A stretch of 63,508 nt of DNA, the filler included, from Paramecium tetraurelia (Eukaryota), in assembly GCA_000165425.1 (NCBI GenBank). It is 5 parts of 5 records of this genome, joined end to end, with 100 filler letters (N's around TTAATTAATTAA, not from the genome) between each part and the next. Parts side by side here need not be neighbours in the genome. Positions count along the whole stretch, not along the records: positions 4,063 to 30,254 come from CT868087.1; positions 30,355 to 54,926 come from CT868088.1; 3 more parts are not named here. One strand, written 5' to 3'. Position 1 is the first letter of the stretch, and each line of letters begins with the position of its first letter. This document shows, piece after piece, positions 23,643 to 37,270 of the stretch. The notes below the pieces were generated by a model, which was given only the letters and a program-made list of their open reading frames with translations, made no database searches and had not been told where the DNA came from. The translations under genes and the position numbers were made by a program.

Positions 23643-25479
23643 TCAGATTAATTTTCTTTCTTAATATTTGTCAAAATTTTAGAGTATCTGCAGATTTTCT
23701 TGAATGACTGTTTTTACAAATCCAATCATGATATCATATCGCATTAGTACTTTTTTTCTTTATGGGTTTGGAAGGTATGATCTTCTCGCTTGAGTAGGTT
23801 TTCTGAGAGTGATTTTAAATGGTTTGTATCCATCTGAGACATCAGATTCGTCGTAAAACATAGATCTTTTTTTTCTTAATTAAAATTCCATTTTTGATGG
23901 TTCTTCAATAGTAGGAGTGTGAATGTGCATAATTCTGTCTTTGGTTACACGAGATAGAACCTATTGTTAATCAGTTTCAATGAATCCTACATCAGGTTCT
24001 AGATATCTTTCACTACCAATTCCTCCAAAGACTGCTATTTTTGAACTAAGTAAAACAGTTGAATGAGCACACCTTGGGATCTTGAGTCCTTCAGCTATGA
24101 CCTATTACCAAAGGTTCAAATTGGGGTAGAAGATGTAATATTCATCTGATTCCAAAGTGCCATTCACAATGAAATCCCTTAAACCACCTATGACTGCTAT
24201 GCCTTACACTTTCCTGAGATATTCAACAGTGTGATTGTGCATCGGATAAGGTGCTTTACCAAGAGTTTCCACCTAATCCCACGAAAGAGGTGTATTATTG
24301 GAGGAACAATAAGATAGTTTGCGCATAACGTTGACTGAATTCCCATCTGCATCTTTGCCTCCAAATGAATATATGTTATCTAATGGCATTATGTCGGTAG
24401 GTATAGTTTCTTGGAATTTGCCTTGAGATGAGATGTTGACAATGGCATGACAACTTATAGGAGGAGATTTGACCTTAAATAATCTCCACACCTACTTTTC
24501 CATATTGAAAACAGCAGTGTCAGATAGTACCTCTTCATTAGAGTTAATTCCTCCATACACAAGCATCCATTTTGGACCTAGGAGACAAGCCCTATGTTGC
24601 CTCCTAGGTTCAATATAGTCTCCTTGAGGATGAACCTTTTCCCAAGTCATGGTGCTTACGGTGTATTCATAAATAGAATTGGTGCATTCTCTAAGTTTTA
24701 GTTTAGGATTGAATTGACCACATCCACCAAAGTAGATAAATTTATTCTTGTATTGAACCACTGACAAGCCTGCTCTTCCTTGTTTAGGATGATCTCCATT
24801 CCCTTAGACCACTTGCCAGATCTGAAACTCTTAGGATAATCAAATCTATTTACTGATATCGTATTTGAGCATTTGATTTCTGACTCCATCTCCTCCGATT
24901 CCTCCATATAAATATAATTGATCATTGAAAAGAGTGAAAGCAGCCTGTTCTGTGAAGGAGGGCTTGAATGTCCTTATATCTCTGGTGAGACGTTGAGATT
25001 CGAAGTAGAAAGTAAGCTGGGTGGGAGTGTCCATGATTTATTCTATGGGTGCCTCCAATTTTGGAAGCTAGAACACTATTATTGTTGCAAAACGATGTAC
25101 CCATTTGTTATGGCTTTAACTCCATGGCCTTTTTTGGTGATTGATCCCTGCGCTTGAGTTTTTAATAGTTCCTAAATTTGGTCTTTTGAGTCAGGAATAA
25201 GGCTTCAGTCATAGCATTTTCTTATCTTTCTCTGCTTTGGTTGATGATGGTTTCTCTCTATTTTTTATTGTGTTATAACTGGACTTGCAAACGCTCCTTT
25301 GGAGATGGTATTCTTGAGACTTGATGTGTGAATGCAGCCCTATATCAATCAATCATATACATTTGGGGCATTTCGGTAAATGTTTTGAAGAAGGTGCTTT
25401 GCGTTAGTGAGGCATTTTTCTCAAAGTGGATTATTTCTATTTGAGGTTGAACAGTTACAAGAGACGATGATCGTCTCAT
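23643..25479 (-). CDS. Kelch-repeat protein
   Basis: Repeated LYLYGG, FIYFGG, MLVYGG, IYSFGG, AVIGG and AVFGG motifs with downstream Trp; low-complexity N-terminus. Confidence 0.88.
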
Positions 25480-25546
25480 TGATTATTACTATTGTGGCAA
25501 TTATTTCACTTTTTTCATTAAATGCAATAATTTTTATTGTTAATTA

Positions 25547-26674
25547 ATGTTCAGCTTTTCGCCAATCAAACAGAAATAATACCTCAGTGCCTCAAACCAA
25601 TTTGAACAACCTTTGGATGACATGAGTTGCATAATCGAAAACGGCAGCGTTGGATCCCTTTATTTAGGGAACATCGAGTCAGCTTGTACTTAATCTCATA
25701 AACCTTTAAAGCCAGTCTAGAAAACTTGAGGAGACACAAAATCAAGGGAGTTCTATCCATCTGCATGAATAAGATTCCCTTTGAAGTGTAGTCATCACTA
25801 TAACATTACTCCCACATTTATTTGGAGGATTGTGAGTCTGAAAATATAGCCAGGCATTTTGAGAACTCCAATCAATTCATCGACAAAGCCAGGCAATCTG
25901 GGAATGTATTGGTTCATTGCATGGCTGGAATCTCTAGATCGGCTACTCTTGTTGCAGCTTATCTAATGAAGAAAAACAATATGAGTGCCCAAGATGCCAT
26001 AAGATTGCTTGAAAGAAAGAGATGGCAAGTCTATCCCAACAGTGGATTCCTAAGACAATTGTAACAATATGAAAAGGTTTTATACTAATAAAATGGAAGA
26101 TCTGACATCTCTTCTCCTCTCAGAGATTCATGGTCTAAGTAATTAGTCATCATTATAGATTTAGATAATATTAAACTCCCACCAAGGATAATTTGTTTTA
26201 CAACAAATATGAAGAACAGCAACAATCTAGTCAAAAAACTAGACCATTGGATGAGATTTGCTTTGACAATTACAAAAGGAAATCCATTGGCTTTGAAGAT
26301 TTGCTTAGAAGTCCAGAACCTAACGAAAAGAAACCTTTTTCTTTAACTTAACATAGACCAAGTTCAGCTGTAAGGACATCCCCTGATCTCATTCGAAAAA
26401 AGAATTTGTTGTCTGATGCAAGTAATATTTTATAGTTCTTTATATTTTAGTCCATGGAAATAAGAAGGATGGTTTGGCTGCCTTGGCTTAGGAATTGAAT
26501 CAGGGAGATTGGCAAAGTAAAAAACTGGATTTTGAAAACAAATACTCAAAACCAGTCAGTTAACAAAACAATGTCAAATCATTTCTTACTCCAACTCGTC
26601 CATCATAATTGAATCAGCATCAAAGTAAATTGGATGAATTGCTTAATTCTTTCAATAGAAAATCCATACTCTGA
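25547..26674 (+). CDS. Dual-specificity protein phosphatase
   Basis: LYLGN, VLVHCMAGISRSATLVAAYLM and PNSGFLRQL. Short introns; TGA 26672-26674. Confidence 0.95.
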
Positions 26675-26721
26675 TATATATATGAATATATCCTATTAAT
26701 CTTTATTCATTATTATTTTTA

Positions 26722-28411
26722 ATGAACTCCCTGTCCAAGCGTATTAGAAAGATCAAGAAAACCCCTAAGGTGACCTAATTTGAAGATTCCGATGATCCTC
26801 AATAATTCACAGCGTGCATCGCAAACCTCAATTAAATTGTGGCTGAAGATCAATGTTTCTCTAGTTTCACTATTTTCTAGTCAAACAAATCGTAACCAAG
26901 GAGTTATTGGTTAGATTGATGGAATACTTGCGACACAACAATCCCTAAGTGGTTATCAATGCTCTCAATGCAATCCAAAATGTATTACGTATTAGTGATA
27001 ATTTTGGTTCTGAAGTCAGAGATCAATTCAAAGACCTAGGCTTATTGGGCATCTTATTATTATTCCCCATCCAAGAGAACACCTTGTCAAGTTACTTGAA
27101 CTTGGCAATTGAAATTTTTGAAACTTGGGACATAACCTTGTTAATGCCACTTTATTAAAGAATTTTGCCAATTTTAGATACTTGTCTACAGAAAGTTTAT
27201 AATGAAGATATCATATCAGAAGCATTAAACTTGTTACAAGTACTAACCGAGATACCTTAATTTAATTTAAAGAAGATAAATGTAGACTAAATATTCTAAC
27301 ATGACATTATTAAATAATTACATTTTGCCAACCAAATGAAACTAAAAGCACTGACTCTTCAAACATACTTGAACATCGATAGATTAGACAATGAAATGTT
27401 TTCATTAATTAATGAAGTCATCAGAATCAACATCTTCTAAGAATTGGACAATATCGAATCATTTCTATAGAAGCAAGTGACTATGGAGGAAGAATCTGAA
27501 TTTAAATAAGATGAAAGACTACTTAGTACACTTCAAATTTGGAAATGCTCAGCTCAATCTATCATCTAAGTATTGGTTTATTTAAATCGAATTTATGAGG
27601 AAGATAATGATGATCAATATGTGAATAATTAAAAATTCTAATAGTTCTTCTAAAAGAATATCATAGTTGAATTAGAAGAATTAGTATTAAAGAATTTCTT
27701 CAATTACTCTGGAGTCATTCAAAAAAAATTATTTACTGATCAAACCACTTTCACCGACGAATTATTGAGTCTAACTCTATTGATTTTTAAGTAATTATAT
27801 TAACTATATTTTTTAGTTTAGGAAATAATTTATTAGCCAATCTCTAACCATTAGTTTGTTTATAAACATTAGAGCCTATTCTACCCTAAATTTAAGCAAT
27901 ACTTCAAGTAGATATAATCGCAGATGAGGATAAAAAAGAACTTGCTTAATCTGAATTTTTACTGTTGATAAAGTTATTAAAGGTGAACCCACAACTGGTG
28001 ATGCAAATTCCTCCTTAATTTATTGTACATTTGTGTGAATTGACTGATACTACTGATATATTATTTCACATCATAGAAGTCATGAAAATTAGGTATTCAA
28101 GCAAAGTCAAAAATGATATTGAAACCATACGCTTAGTTACATAAAAGTTACTTAAGTTAATGAACTAATCCAACATTATGTTGGCTGCTTAGGCTTTGGA
28201 TTGTCTTTTTGACGTGTATACAGAGGAAGACTTCAATGCTCTTTTAGTGGAAATGCAGATTCTTGAATTGTTATCGTAGGGATACTAATATTTATAATCG
28301 CAATTGCCACAAGAGAAGAAGACTTTAGCAAAGGATGATTGGAAGTTCTTGAAACTGACAGTTACCAATTTAAAGTAGTTTATTGAATACAAAATAAAAA
28401 TCATAAAGTGA
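26722..28411 (+). CDS. ARM/HEAT-repeat protein, HEATR3/Syo1-like
   Basis: Basic N-terminus, VVINALNAIQNV, acidic loops and C-terminal ALDCLFDVYTE...NLKQFIEYK. Confidence 0.6.
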
Positions 28412-28479
28412 TTTCATGTGTATATTAATTAATATAAACATTGCATATTAAAGTTAACAAATTAAAATTCAAATGTTAC

Positions 28480-28731
28480 TCACTATTTTTTGTTGCCATC
28501 AATGAATTTGCCCAACAATTCTTGAATGCCATAATCACTCCATTCTCTTTCCTTTTCCAATTTGGGTAGTGATTCTGGGAGATCCAAATTGACATTGTCT
28601 TTTTTGTCTGAAACGTAGATGTTGACATCCTTCAGAACATCCTTCCTCCACTTTGTATCAACCTTGTAACTCAATTGAGGATTGAGCATATTGAAGGAGA
28701 AAACTCCATCTCTTCTTTGTGATGAATTCAT
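28480..28731 (-). CDS. Small hypothetical protein (83 aa)
   Basis: Intronless ATG..TGA frame, GC-richer than the flanks. Confidence 0.6.
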
Positions 28732-28820
28732 AATTTAAATTTATAATTAAGAGTTTATACATCAATGTGAACAATTAAATTATGAACTGATTAACTAAGA
28801 ATTTTAGTTTATAAATTAAT

Positions 28821-29270
28821 TCATTATAAAATGAGCTGTAAAATTGTATTCACATCAAATTTGAATTCGAGTTCTTTGCTAATTTCAGGCAATGGATACT
28901 CATCCTCGAAATCGAATTGCACATTGTAATTCTGCAGTTTCCTCCTCAATTTAAGGACCTTTTTGGAGACAATGACTTATTATTTGGGAAATCTCTCGAT
29001 GGGAGCCTCGTAACCTTTGGTTTTGGCTCCAGGGATGGCAGCAGCAATGAGATCATCGAAGGTGTTCTTGTTTTTGTCGAGTTTGAGTACGATCCAAATC
29101 ATCTATTGGAAGAGGACATCCTTCTGGTATTGGTTGACCAATTTATCGTATTTATCCTGATAACGATAGGGTTCGTAATCCTGTAGGAGGATGGCGACCC
29201 ATTCGCTGTAGTTGTATAGATCTTTCTCTTCGGAAACACTTAAGTATAAATCATCATCATTTGAGTTCAT
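28821..29270 (-). CDS. Hypothetical protein (~149 aa)
   Basis: Open frame MNSNDDDLYLSVSEEKDLYNYSEWVAILL... to TGA at 28821-28823. Confidence 0.65.
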
Positions 29271-29322
29271 ATATGATTATTTAATTTGTACACATAGGAA
29301 TATTAAATTATTGTGGATATAA

Positions 29323-29646
29323 TCATTTCAGTAACAACTCTTTGGCTTCATTGATTTTAGTGGCCACATATGTGGATCCTCCTTGATCTGGATGATTGAG
29401 CATCAACAATGTGCGATGTCGAGTCTTGATTTGGTCTAGCGGGGTGCCTTCTCTGACTCCGAGAATCAATTGGGCTTCTCTCCTGGTGAGTTGAGTGGAG
29501 AAGGTTCCCTTGTAGAAGGCCCTTGAGGTTTCCACAGTCTTGAAAAACTCCTTGCTCTTGATTTGTCTGTAGGTGCGAATGAGTAGTTTTGTTCCTCCTC
29601 CCACTACGATTAGGCCACAACCTATGGCGAATAGAGCAGATGACAT
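29323..29646 (-). CDS. PAM18: Mitochondrial import motor J-protein Pam18/Tim14 (DNAJC19)
   Basis: [47 protein letters not shown] with an N-terminal TM. Confidence 0.95.
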   Translation of the reverse strand: MSSALFAIGCGLIVVGGGTKLLIRTYRQIKSKEFFKTVETSRAFYKGTFSTQLTRREAQLILGVREGTPLDQIKTRHRTLLMLNHPDQGGSTYVATKINEAKELLLK

Positions 29647-29688
29647 AAATTTAATTTTATTTATGATTACCAATTCAATTTATAATTA

Positions 29689-30254
29689 ATGAATGTTTCT
29701 CTCAAAGACATAATTCCAAACAAAAACCCATCATAATTCAATCTAAACAAAATTCGGTTTAAAATCTCCAAAAAAGTGGAATCCTACTGTCAATGCAATC
29801 AAAGAAACTGTCTGATTTGTGCTCGTAAACGTTCTTCTTCGATGTTAAGCATGAAAAACTCGATTGTGTATGATGAGAATTCTCCTGTTTCCAAATGCAC
29901 TGTCGAACAACCAAAACCAATCCAGCCATTCAATCGATCCATCTCCAGACAATAATCCAATTACATGGGGAGAGTCTCAGTCAATGTCTCAGCTTCCACT
30001 AATTCAACAAACAATTATGGCAGAACCAGGAAAACCTCGGTCGAGTCCTCCCCTCCCAAAGACAATAGTATGATATTCGCTAATCCCCTATTTAGTTATT
30101 GGCAAGCACTCCTTTAAATACCTCTACGTAATTGGGAAAGGAGGCTTCGGAAAAGTGTGGAGAGTCGAGATGAAAGCCAATAAACAGGAGTTCGCATTGA
30201 AAGAAATGATTAAAGCAAAGTATACCAAGCATACATTAAATAAGGATCATATCC
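29689..30254 (+). CDS. AGC-type Ser/Thr kinase, 3'-truncated by scaffold end
   Basis: FKYLYVIGKGGFGKVWRV..FALKEMIKAK after a Ser/Pro-rich N-terminus. Confidence 0.85.
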
Positions 30255-30354
30255 NNNNNNNNNNNNNNNNNNNNNNNNNNNNNNNNNNNNNNNNNNNNTT
30301 AATTAATTAANNNNNNNNNNNNNNNNNNNNNNNNNNNNNNNNNNNNNNNNNNNN
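30255..30354. other. Artificial scaffold linker
   Basis: N-TTAATTAATTAA-N cassette. Confidence 0.97.
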
Positions 30355-32780
30355 CTTTTGCTAATCATAACCAAAGAGCCAATAGGACTAAAGAAGCTTA
30401 CACCCATTGCAAAATTCCCTAAAAATATCTCGCCCCCAAATTTGGGGATTCCATTCATTTCAACTTAGTCCCATTGACACCAAAGAAACTCACCTTGGTT
30501 AAAAAATTTCGCGCTGCGAGGTGAGACCCTATGCCCCCCCTCATTGTAAACAACTCAAAGGCTAGTTATCTTATTGCATAGCCCTTATTCTAATTTAAGT
30601 ACTTAAAAATATTAGAAATTAATTCGGTATTTGATAGTAATCAAAGATCATAATTACTCCTATTTTTATAACTTTAAATTAACCTCAAAATTATTAAACA
30701 AAAAATGATTAAAAAAACAACTATTACAGAAAGTAAAATTATTTGTTTTAATTACAAAACACAAAAAAAATTACGTTCTCATTATGATAATTCATACTAC
30801 AAAATACAATATAATATGTATTCGGGTTTGGAATTGTGAGATAGATTTTCATTATGGTCAAACTTTATATTTAATATTGATCTAACTCACCATAATTGCA
30901 TTCTTTTGTTTAGATCCATAATGTTAATGTACTTCTATTCTCATTCATCTAATTTCTACGCGCAAATATTATTTTCCAAATTTGTTTCGGTTTGAATCAT
31001 ATTCTTAAATTTGTTAGTAATAGAATTTGGAATTCTAATTTGAAGTATCATAAAATTAATAGAAAAATTAATATCAAAAAAGAATTAAAACATTAAGTAA
31101 TTTAGATTTAATTAGAAAAGAGAATTATTTAGAAATTTATCAATACCCTATAACTTACAAATCATAAATTCAAAATCTGGAAGAATACAAAATCATTATT
31201 TAAATTGGAACTTTAAATTCAGATAGGTAAAATCTAATAAACATGTTCATAAATTATTATTATGGTGTTGAGTTTTCAGATCATTATAGAATGGAAATCG
31301 ATGATGAGATTGTTATATAAAGGAGAATCAAAATTATGTATATGAATAAATGAAAGTAAATTACATCACTCCATAAAATGAAAAATCAGGACTTAGAATT
31401 ATATACGGCAAACTACTGTGATCATCTAAGTTATGATGATCAAAGCAAAGTCGATAAAATATATGATTCTATATGTCATTCAGTTTCACTTAATCAAATC
31501 ATTTAATTGGTTTTGTAATTCCATAATAAATCTAGTAAGGTTAAATTTTAGAATTCATTAATCAATTAATATAGTCTTTTTATATCAGATTGTATAGATG
31601 AGAATCCTGAATAGAAATAAATGATATAATCTAAAAAATTAATGATTAATGGAATACCCATATCCTGTTTTAAAAATGATACCAACCATGAACAAAATAT
31701 GTTATCTCAAATTTAATACCAAAGATTAATTATTAAAAGTAATGGATATAGTAAAGATTAATTTTTAATCTTTATCTGAAATTATTTATAACGTATAATG
31801 AATATCATCTAAGTTATCTGAGTTAAATGGTAAGTATAATGAATTCTTCAAGTTTCTTAATTTTGAAGGAGCGGTATTAAGAGAAAGATTTAATTAGAGT
31901 TTAAAAAACTCCATTTATTGTACCAAAAAATTGGAGATTCATAGTCTTTAGGTGTTTGAGTAAGTTCTGGGTTTTCTACCCCCGAGAAGCGTAAGGTAAC
32001 TTTCAAAATATTCAACCCACAAAAAATATGGTGAAAAGGTTTGGGGATTTAAGAGATTGCAATGGCAAAAGGAGGATGTTGCTCTATCNNNNNNNNNNNN
32101 NNNNNNNNNNNNNNNNNNNNNNNNNNNNNNNNNNNNNNNNNNNNNNNNNNNNNNNNNNNNNNNNNNNNNNNNNNNNNNNNNNNNNNNNNNNNNNNNNNNN
32201 NNNNNNNNNNNNNNNNNNNNNNNNNNNNNNNNNNNNNNNNNNNNNNNNNNNNNNNNNNNNNNNNNNNNNNNNNNNNNNNNNNNNNNNNNNNNNNNNNNNN
32301 NNNNNNNNNNNNNNNNNNNNNNNNNNNNNNNNNNNNNNNNNNNNNNNNNNNNNNNNNNNNNNNNNNNNNNNNNNNNNNNNNNNNNNNNNNNNNNNNNNNN
32401 NNNNNNNNNNNNNNNNNNNNNNNNNNNNNNNNNNNNNNNNNNNNNNNNNNNNNNNNNNNNNNNNNNNNNNNNNNNNNNNNNNNNNNNNNNNNNNNNNNNN
32501 NNNNNNNNNNNNNNNNNNNNNNNNNNNNNNNNNNNNNNNNNNNNNNNNNNNNNNNNNNNNNNNNNNNNNNNNNNNNNNNNNNNNNNNNNNNNNNNNNNNN
32601 NNNNNNNNNNNNNNNNNNNNNNNNNNNNNNNNNNNNNNNNNNNNNNNNNNNNNNNNNNNNNNNNNNNNNNNNNNNNNNNNNNNNNNNNNNNNNNNNNNNN
32701 NNNNNNNNNNNNNNNNNNNNNNNNNNNNNNNNNNNNNNNNNNNNNNNNNNNNNNNNNNNNNNNNNNNNNNNNNNNNNNNN

Positions 32781-33897
32781 CATTTGCATAGATTAAAGCA
32801 AATATTCTCTAAAACACTATATTTTATTGATATTTATTGGTCAAATTAATTTAATATAGAATTTCAGATTTTAAAATTAGTAACAAATCCTAATCTATAC
32901 TTCCTTTGGTTTTCCATATTTCTAAAATTCTATCCAATTCTCGATGAGGAATTACAGAATCAAGTTATTATACTTTATGAATAATTTATTAAATTATTTT
33001 GGGTTCAGATCCATAACTTTAATACAAGGTTATTGAATTATTAAGATCTAATTCATTTAGATGTTTATCTAATACAATTTAGAGTTTGTTTCTAACTACT
33101 TCATAAACATCATAAAAGGATATTGGTTAAATTCGACTGAATTTGAAAAATATATTAAGTAGAGTAGTCAGAGCATCTAAGTAATCGTTTACTTGAGTTT
33201 GGTCGAATTTCATTTAATTGAGAATAGCAAACAACTATTTTTCTGTAAAAACAAGAGGAAGATCATATTCACTATAATGATATTACTCTACCGTTGATTC
33301 TTACATTCTAAACTTTCTATTCATGAAAAGGAATATTTATTTGAGAGTGATGCTCATTTCTTGGAGTGGAATAGTTTCTAAGTTATTGCATATTTGTACA
33401 ACCAAGTTTTACCAGGCAGACAAATCTAAAATGTTAAAATGATTCATTATTTGAGACACATCCTAAAGATATTAGGGTCGGATCCATTATTATAATTCTT
33501 CATCCAATTTTTGTTCACCATATATTCCTCTAATCTTCCGATATATATATATTGGCTATAACTATATCTTAAAAGTTGTTATTGTTTTAATTAGAGATTC
33601 TCTTCAACCTTTGTCTTAATCTAAAGCAATATTCTTGATAGCCTCTATGTATTCAATCTATTCATATCTCCTAATATGTCTACCATATTAAATAGGAAAG
33701 CATTATTCAAAAAGTCAGTCAATCTTTTCGAATGAACCAAAATCATTATGGAAACTCGTTGTCTTAAAATTAATGCTAATGCAATTCTATTTTACAAAAA
33801 AAACCTAATGTAAAACTTTTAAATCACACTTCTCAATATTAAAAGTAAAACCTCATAAAAACGAAGAAATTGTAATGAAATTTAGTTTAAAGTTCAT
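32781..33897 (-). pseudogene. Long single-frame coding remnant with four in-frame TGA codons; unknown product
   Basis: ~245 TGA-free codons (32867-33603; RKIRGIYGEQKLDEELQQWIRPQYL...). The frame continues on both sides past isolated TGAs. Confidence 0.45.
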
Positions 33898-35322
33898 CTA
33901 AATGAAATGAAATAAGTCTTAGTAAATAAGCACAAATATTTATTAGGAAGAGAAAATTTAACAAAAAATAAAGATCAAATTTTTAGTGATACTACATTGA
34001 AAAGTAAAGAATATCAGGAAAAAAATAAAAATTGTGCTTATCCCAATTACTAATAAAGATATTAATGAAGGCAATTCATGACATTTGCTTTTTATCTAAA
34101 CCTTAAGCAAATTAATTATAAAGTTTTTGAAGTGCTATTAAGGTGCTAAATTATATTTTAAATTAATTAAAAGCATTCTAGAGATATTAGGAAATCTAGA
34201 AATCACGCTTTTGTTCATAGAAGGCCAATTTCAATGAAAAAAGTTGAGATAAATACAAAGATAATTTAGATGTGCTCCAAAAACCAAAGATGAAAAGGAA
34301 GCATCTCACCTCTTAAAATAATTTTTTATGATTGAAAAGAAAAAGAAAATAACAGAGATCAGAATATACATTTTTAAAATAATACTTATGATTTAGGTAT
34401 AGTCTTGTAGATCGATATGAATGGAATTGAATGTCCATTTTAATGGATTAACTAATTTTTCGCTCAGTAATTCGCTTTTTCATATAGAAGGTTTAAGCAA
34501 CTGCTCATAAATTATTAATCAAATTGAGGATTATTTATAGAATATTGGACAAATTGTAAGTTCCTTTTTATATTCCCTTAAAATTTATTTCTTTAATTAA
34601 GATTTAACTTTAACCAATTGGGAAATTAAATTAAATTAAATTAATTGAAAATTTAAGAAGAATTCACCTCAAGTTTATTAATCATTGTTAGTTATGTTCA
34701 GGGCATAAACTAAANNNNNNNNNNNNNNNNNNNNNNNNNNNNNNNNNNNNNNNNNNNNNNNNNNNNNNNNNNNNNNNNNNNATTAGTCTGAAAATTAGAT
34801 TGCATAATATTTAAAAAAGTATCCAGTATTACCACAGTTCTGAAAAAGGAGAGGTAAATGAGAGCAGAAATAAATGAGCATCATATCATTACCCCACTGG
34901 ACATTGATTGAAAATGATGATATGAATGACCATTTTAAAAATGTTATTCATTGGAAAGACTTCATCAAAAAGAATTATGGTCAGAAGATTAAGGTTATGG
35001 AAGGTAATCGATAAAAAAAATTTTTTTTATTTCTCAAAAAAAATACTGTTCTGATTAGAATTTATCGGAATGCTCAAACTGTAGATTTAGGAGCAAAATC
35101 GATCTAAAAGCTTATGTCTGTAATTAGTGAAGATTATTATAAGATGGAAGTTCAATACAATTTATAAAGGCAAGGTTCCCATGTAAGTTCCAATGCATTT
35201 AATGGTGATCTAATAGAATGAGTGAAGTCCTAAGTAGACTCCACTAGGTATCCGAGTTAGACACTCTCCGATGGACCTAGCAGTAATAACAATAAGTGTT
35301 TCTATTTTAAAACAAATTCTCA

Positions 35323-36300
35323 ATTAATGTCGTTTCATGGAACGTATCCTCAATAAAAAACTAAATACGTTAAATTTATGGTCCCCTCATATTTTGTCTC
35401 TAAGAAAGCAGAAAATAATTTAATAACTTCTTTCCAAAAATTATGCAATAAATAACTATATTATATTCTCATCTTCTAAATTAGGTGGCATTATAACTGG
35501 AATTCATAAAATGCTTCACATCCAAAAATGGAAGTAATATTCTAAAATTGTTGTGTGATGCTTAATTTGATTCTCTTATTAATGCAAGAACCGAACATTT
35601 TGACATTTTCATATTTAACTTTTATTTTAATAAAAAATTATTGTTTTTCAAAATTAAAAAAAGAATTAAATTCATGGTTCGGTAAATTTACAAATGCTAT
35701 GAAGCCAAATCAAATATTTATGATCTGTTGTGATTTCAATTTTAAAAGTAAACCGTTTATCTTTTTTTGAAATAATCCCTCCTCAAATACATACATTTTA
35801 CAGAAAAAAATAAGCTTTGTAGTAAAAGTAAAACAGATCACATATTAACATTACCACTAATAGAATCTAATAAATATGAACTTAATGAATACTCTGATCA
35901 CTGCTTAATTCAAATTGAGTTTAAAATTTAACCTTCAACAAGATAATAATTCAACTATTACAAATTTAATAACTTTAATGCAAAAACCTTAATTAATTTG
36001 GCAGCTTCTAAATTCTCCGATTTTGCATTTTTCTATGACTTTATTAAGATAAACCTAAGAAAATCGAAAGTGATTTTGAAATCAAAAAACCAATTATTAA
36101 ATTACTCTTTTGAAAATGCTGATTTATTCTTTAAACTGGCACAACTAATTAAGAATGATAAAAATGCTTTTTTAAACTATTAAAAACCAATACTACTTTA
36201 AATCTTTTAAAAAAGAAAATAATATATATATATTTCTAAAATTAATTAATATTTATGCTTATAAAGAAAAATCAATAAAGTTTTATACAAATTTTTTTGA
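35323..36300 (+). mobile_element. Degenerate non-LTR retrotransposon (LINE-like) APE endonuclease region
   Basis: Ordered motifs VVSWNVSSI (35329-), IFCLQES (~35389-35409), LGGIITGIHK, ICCDFN, HTFYR, SKTDHIL and YSDHCLI, broken by frameshifts. Confidence 0.8.
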
Positions 36301-36399
36301 TAATTATTTTGAACAAATTTAATGAAACCAATTAATATTGGATAATCTCTTCATTAATTCTAATACTAGTTGGAACTAATTTTTTGAGCAAATTATGAC

Positions 36400-37270
36400 T
36401 TTTTGTTGTATGGGCATATAAGTCAATAGATCTATTATTTTCTAACATTTTTCTTATTAGCTGCGATTTAGTCTATGATGTTACTCATAGTATATTTCAC
36501 TTACATAAGGCCCCTTTGATAATGATTCACCTTTTGCAAATTGTTTTTGTTCAACCTATCGATGTAGCTGAGATCCAATTATTTGAAAGTTGGTTTAGTA
36601 TGACTATTGCCCTAAATTGGGTTTGATTTTGGATTTTACTTAATCAATATTCAATAGATCTAACTTGTTTTCTCATAACTGTTTATTGGTCTTTACAGTT
36701 CTATCTTTCAAAAATATCCTTTATTTTCCAAAGTTATTTGGTGTTCTATGACCATTATATTTTATCCACTGGTTGATACCTTTTTTTTTACATAAAGTCT
36801 TGCAAAAATTTTGTTTCAGTTTTGTCACCTTATCAAAATATTGATAGCATTTGATTAAATTTCTTCAGAGCTACAAGCTTTTGATATAAGAAAATTATGT
36901 AAGACCATTGAATTTCAAATATTTATAAACCCACAATTAGCTTTCCTTTTAGGTTTTATTATGCTGAATAATAATTCATTATGCGATAAATTATTTATGT
37001 AAATAAAATATTTATTCTATATAAATCTAGCTGCAAATCTGCGTATCCTACTTCTTTATTTTAAATACTTTGTAATTGCAGAGAAAATATATTTGTTTTT
37101 ATGGTTCTGTAATTTCTTTTTGATAATTAGAAATCCTTTAACACAACCCTCATAGTAAAAGAGTCCTATAATATAATGGCAGAGAGAATTTGATGATAAT
37201 TAAATTATGGGTTTTGACAATGGATTTCGTTGATGAAATGGTAAATTCTAAGCTATTAAAATTTTGATTT
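36400..37270 (-). mobile_element. Possible highly decayed reverse transcriptase remnant
   Basis: VGYADL (37037-37045) followed, after a frameshift, by YKYL (36916-36927). Weak evidence. Confidence 0.3.

Noticed and set aside
30355..30560. GC-richer scaffold start with the palindrome CCCCAAATTTGGGG, considered as telomere or ncRNA
   Set aside because: No tandem C4A2/C3A3 repeats and no recognisable RNA fold; probably low-quality read-end sequence
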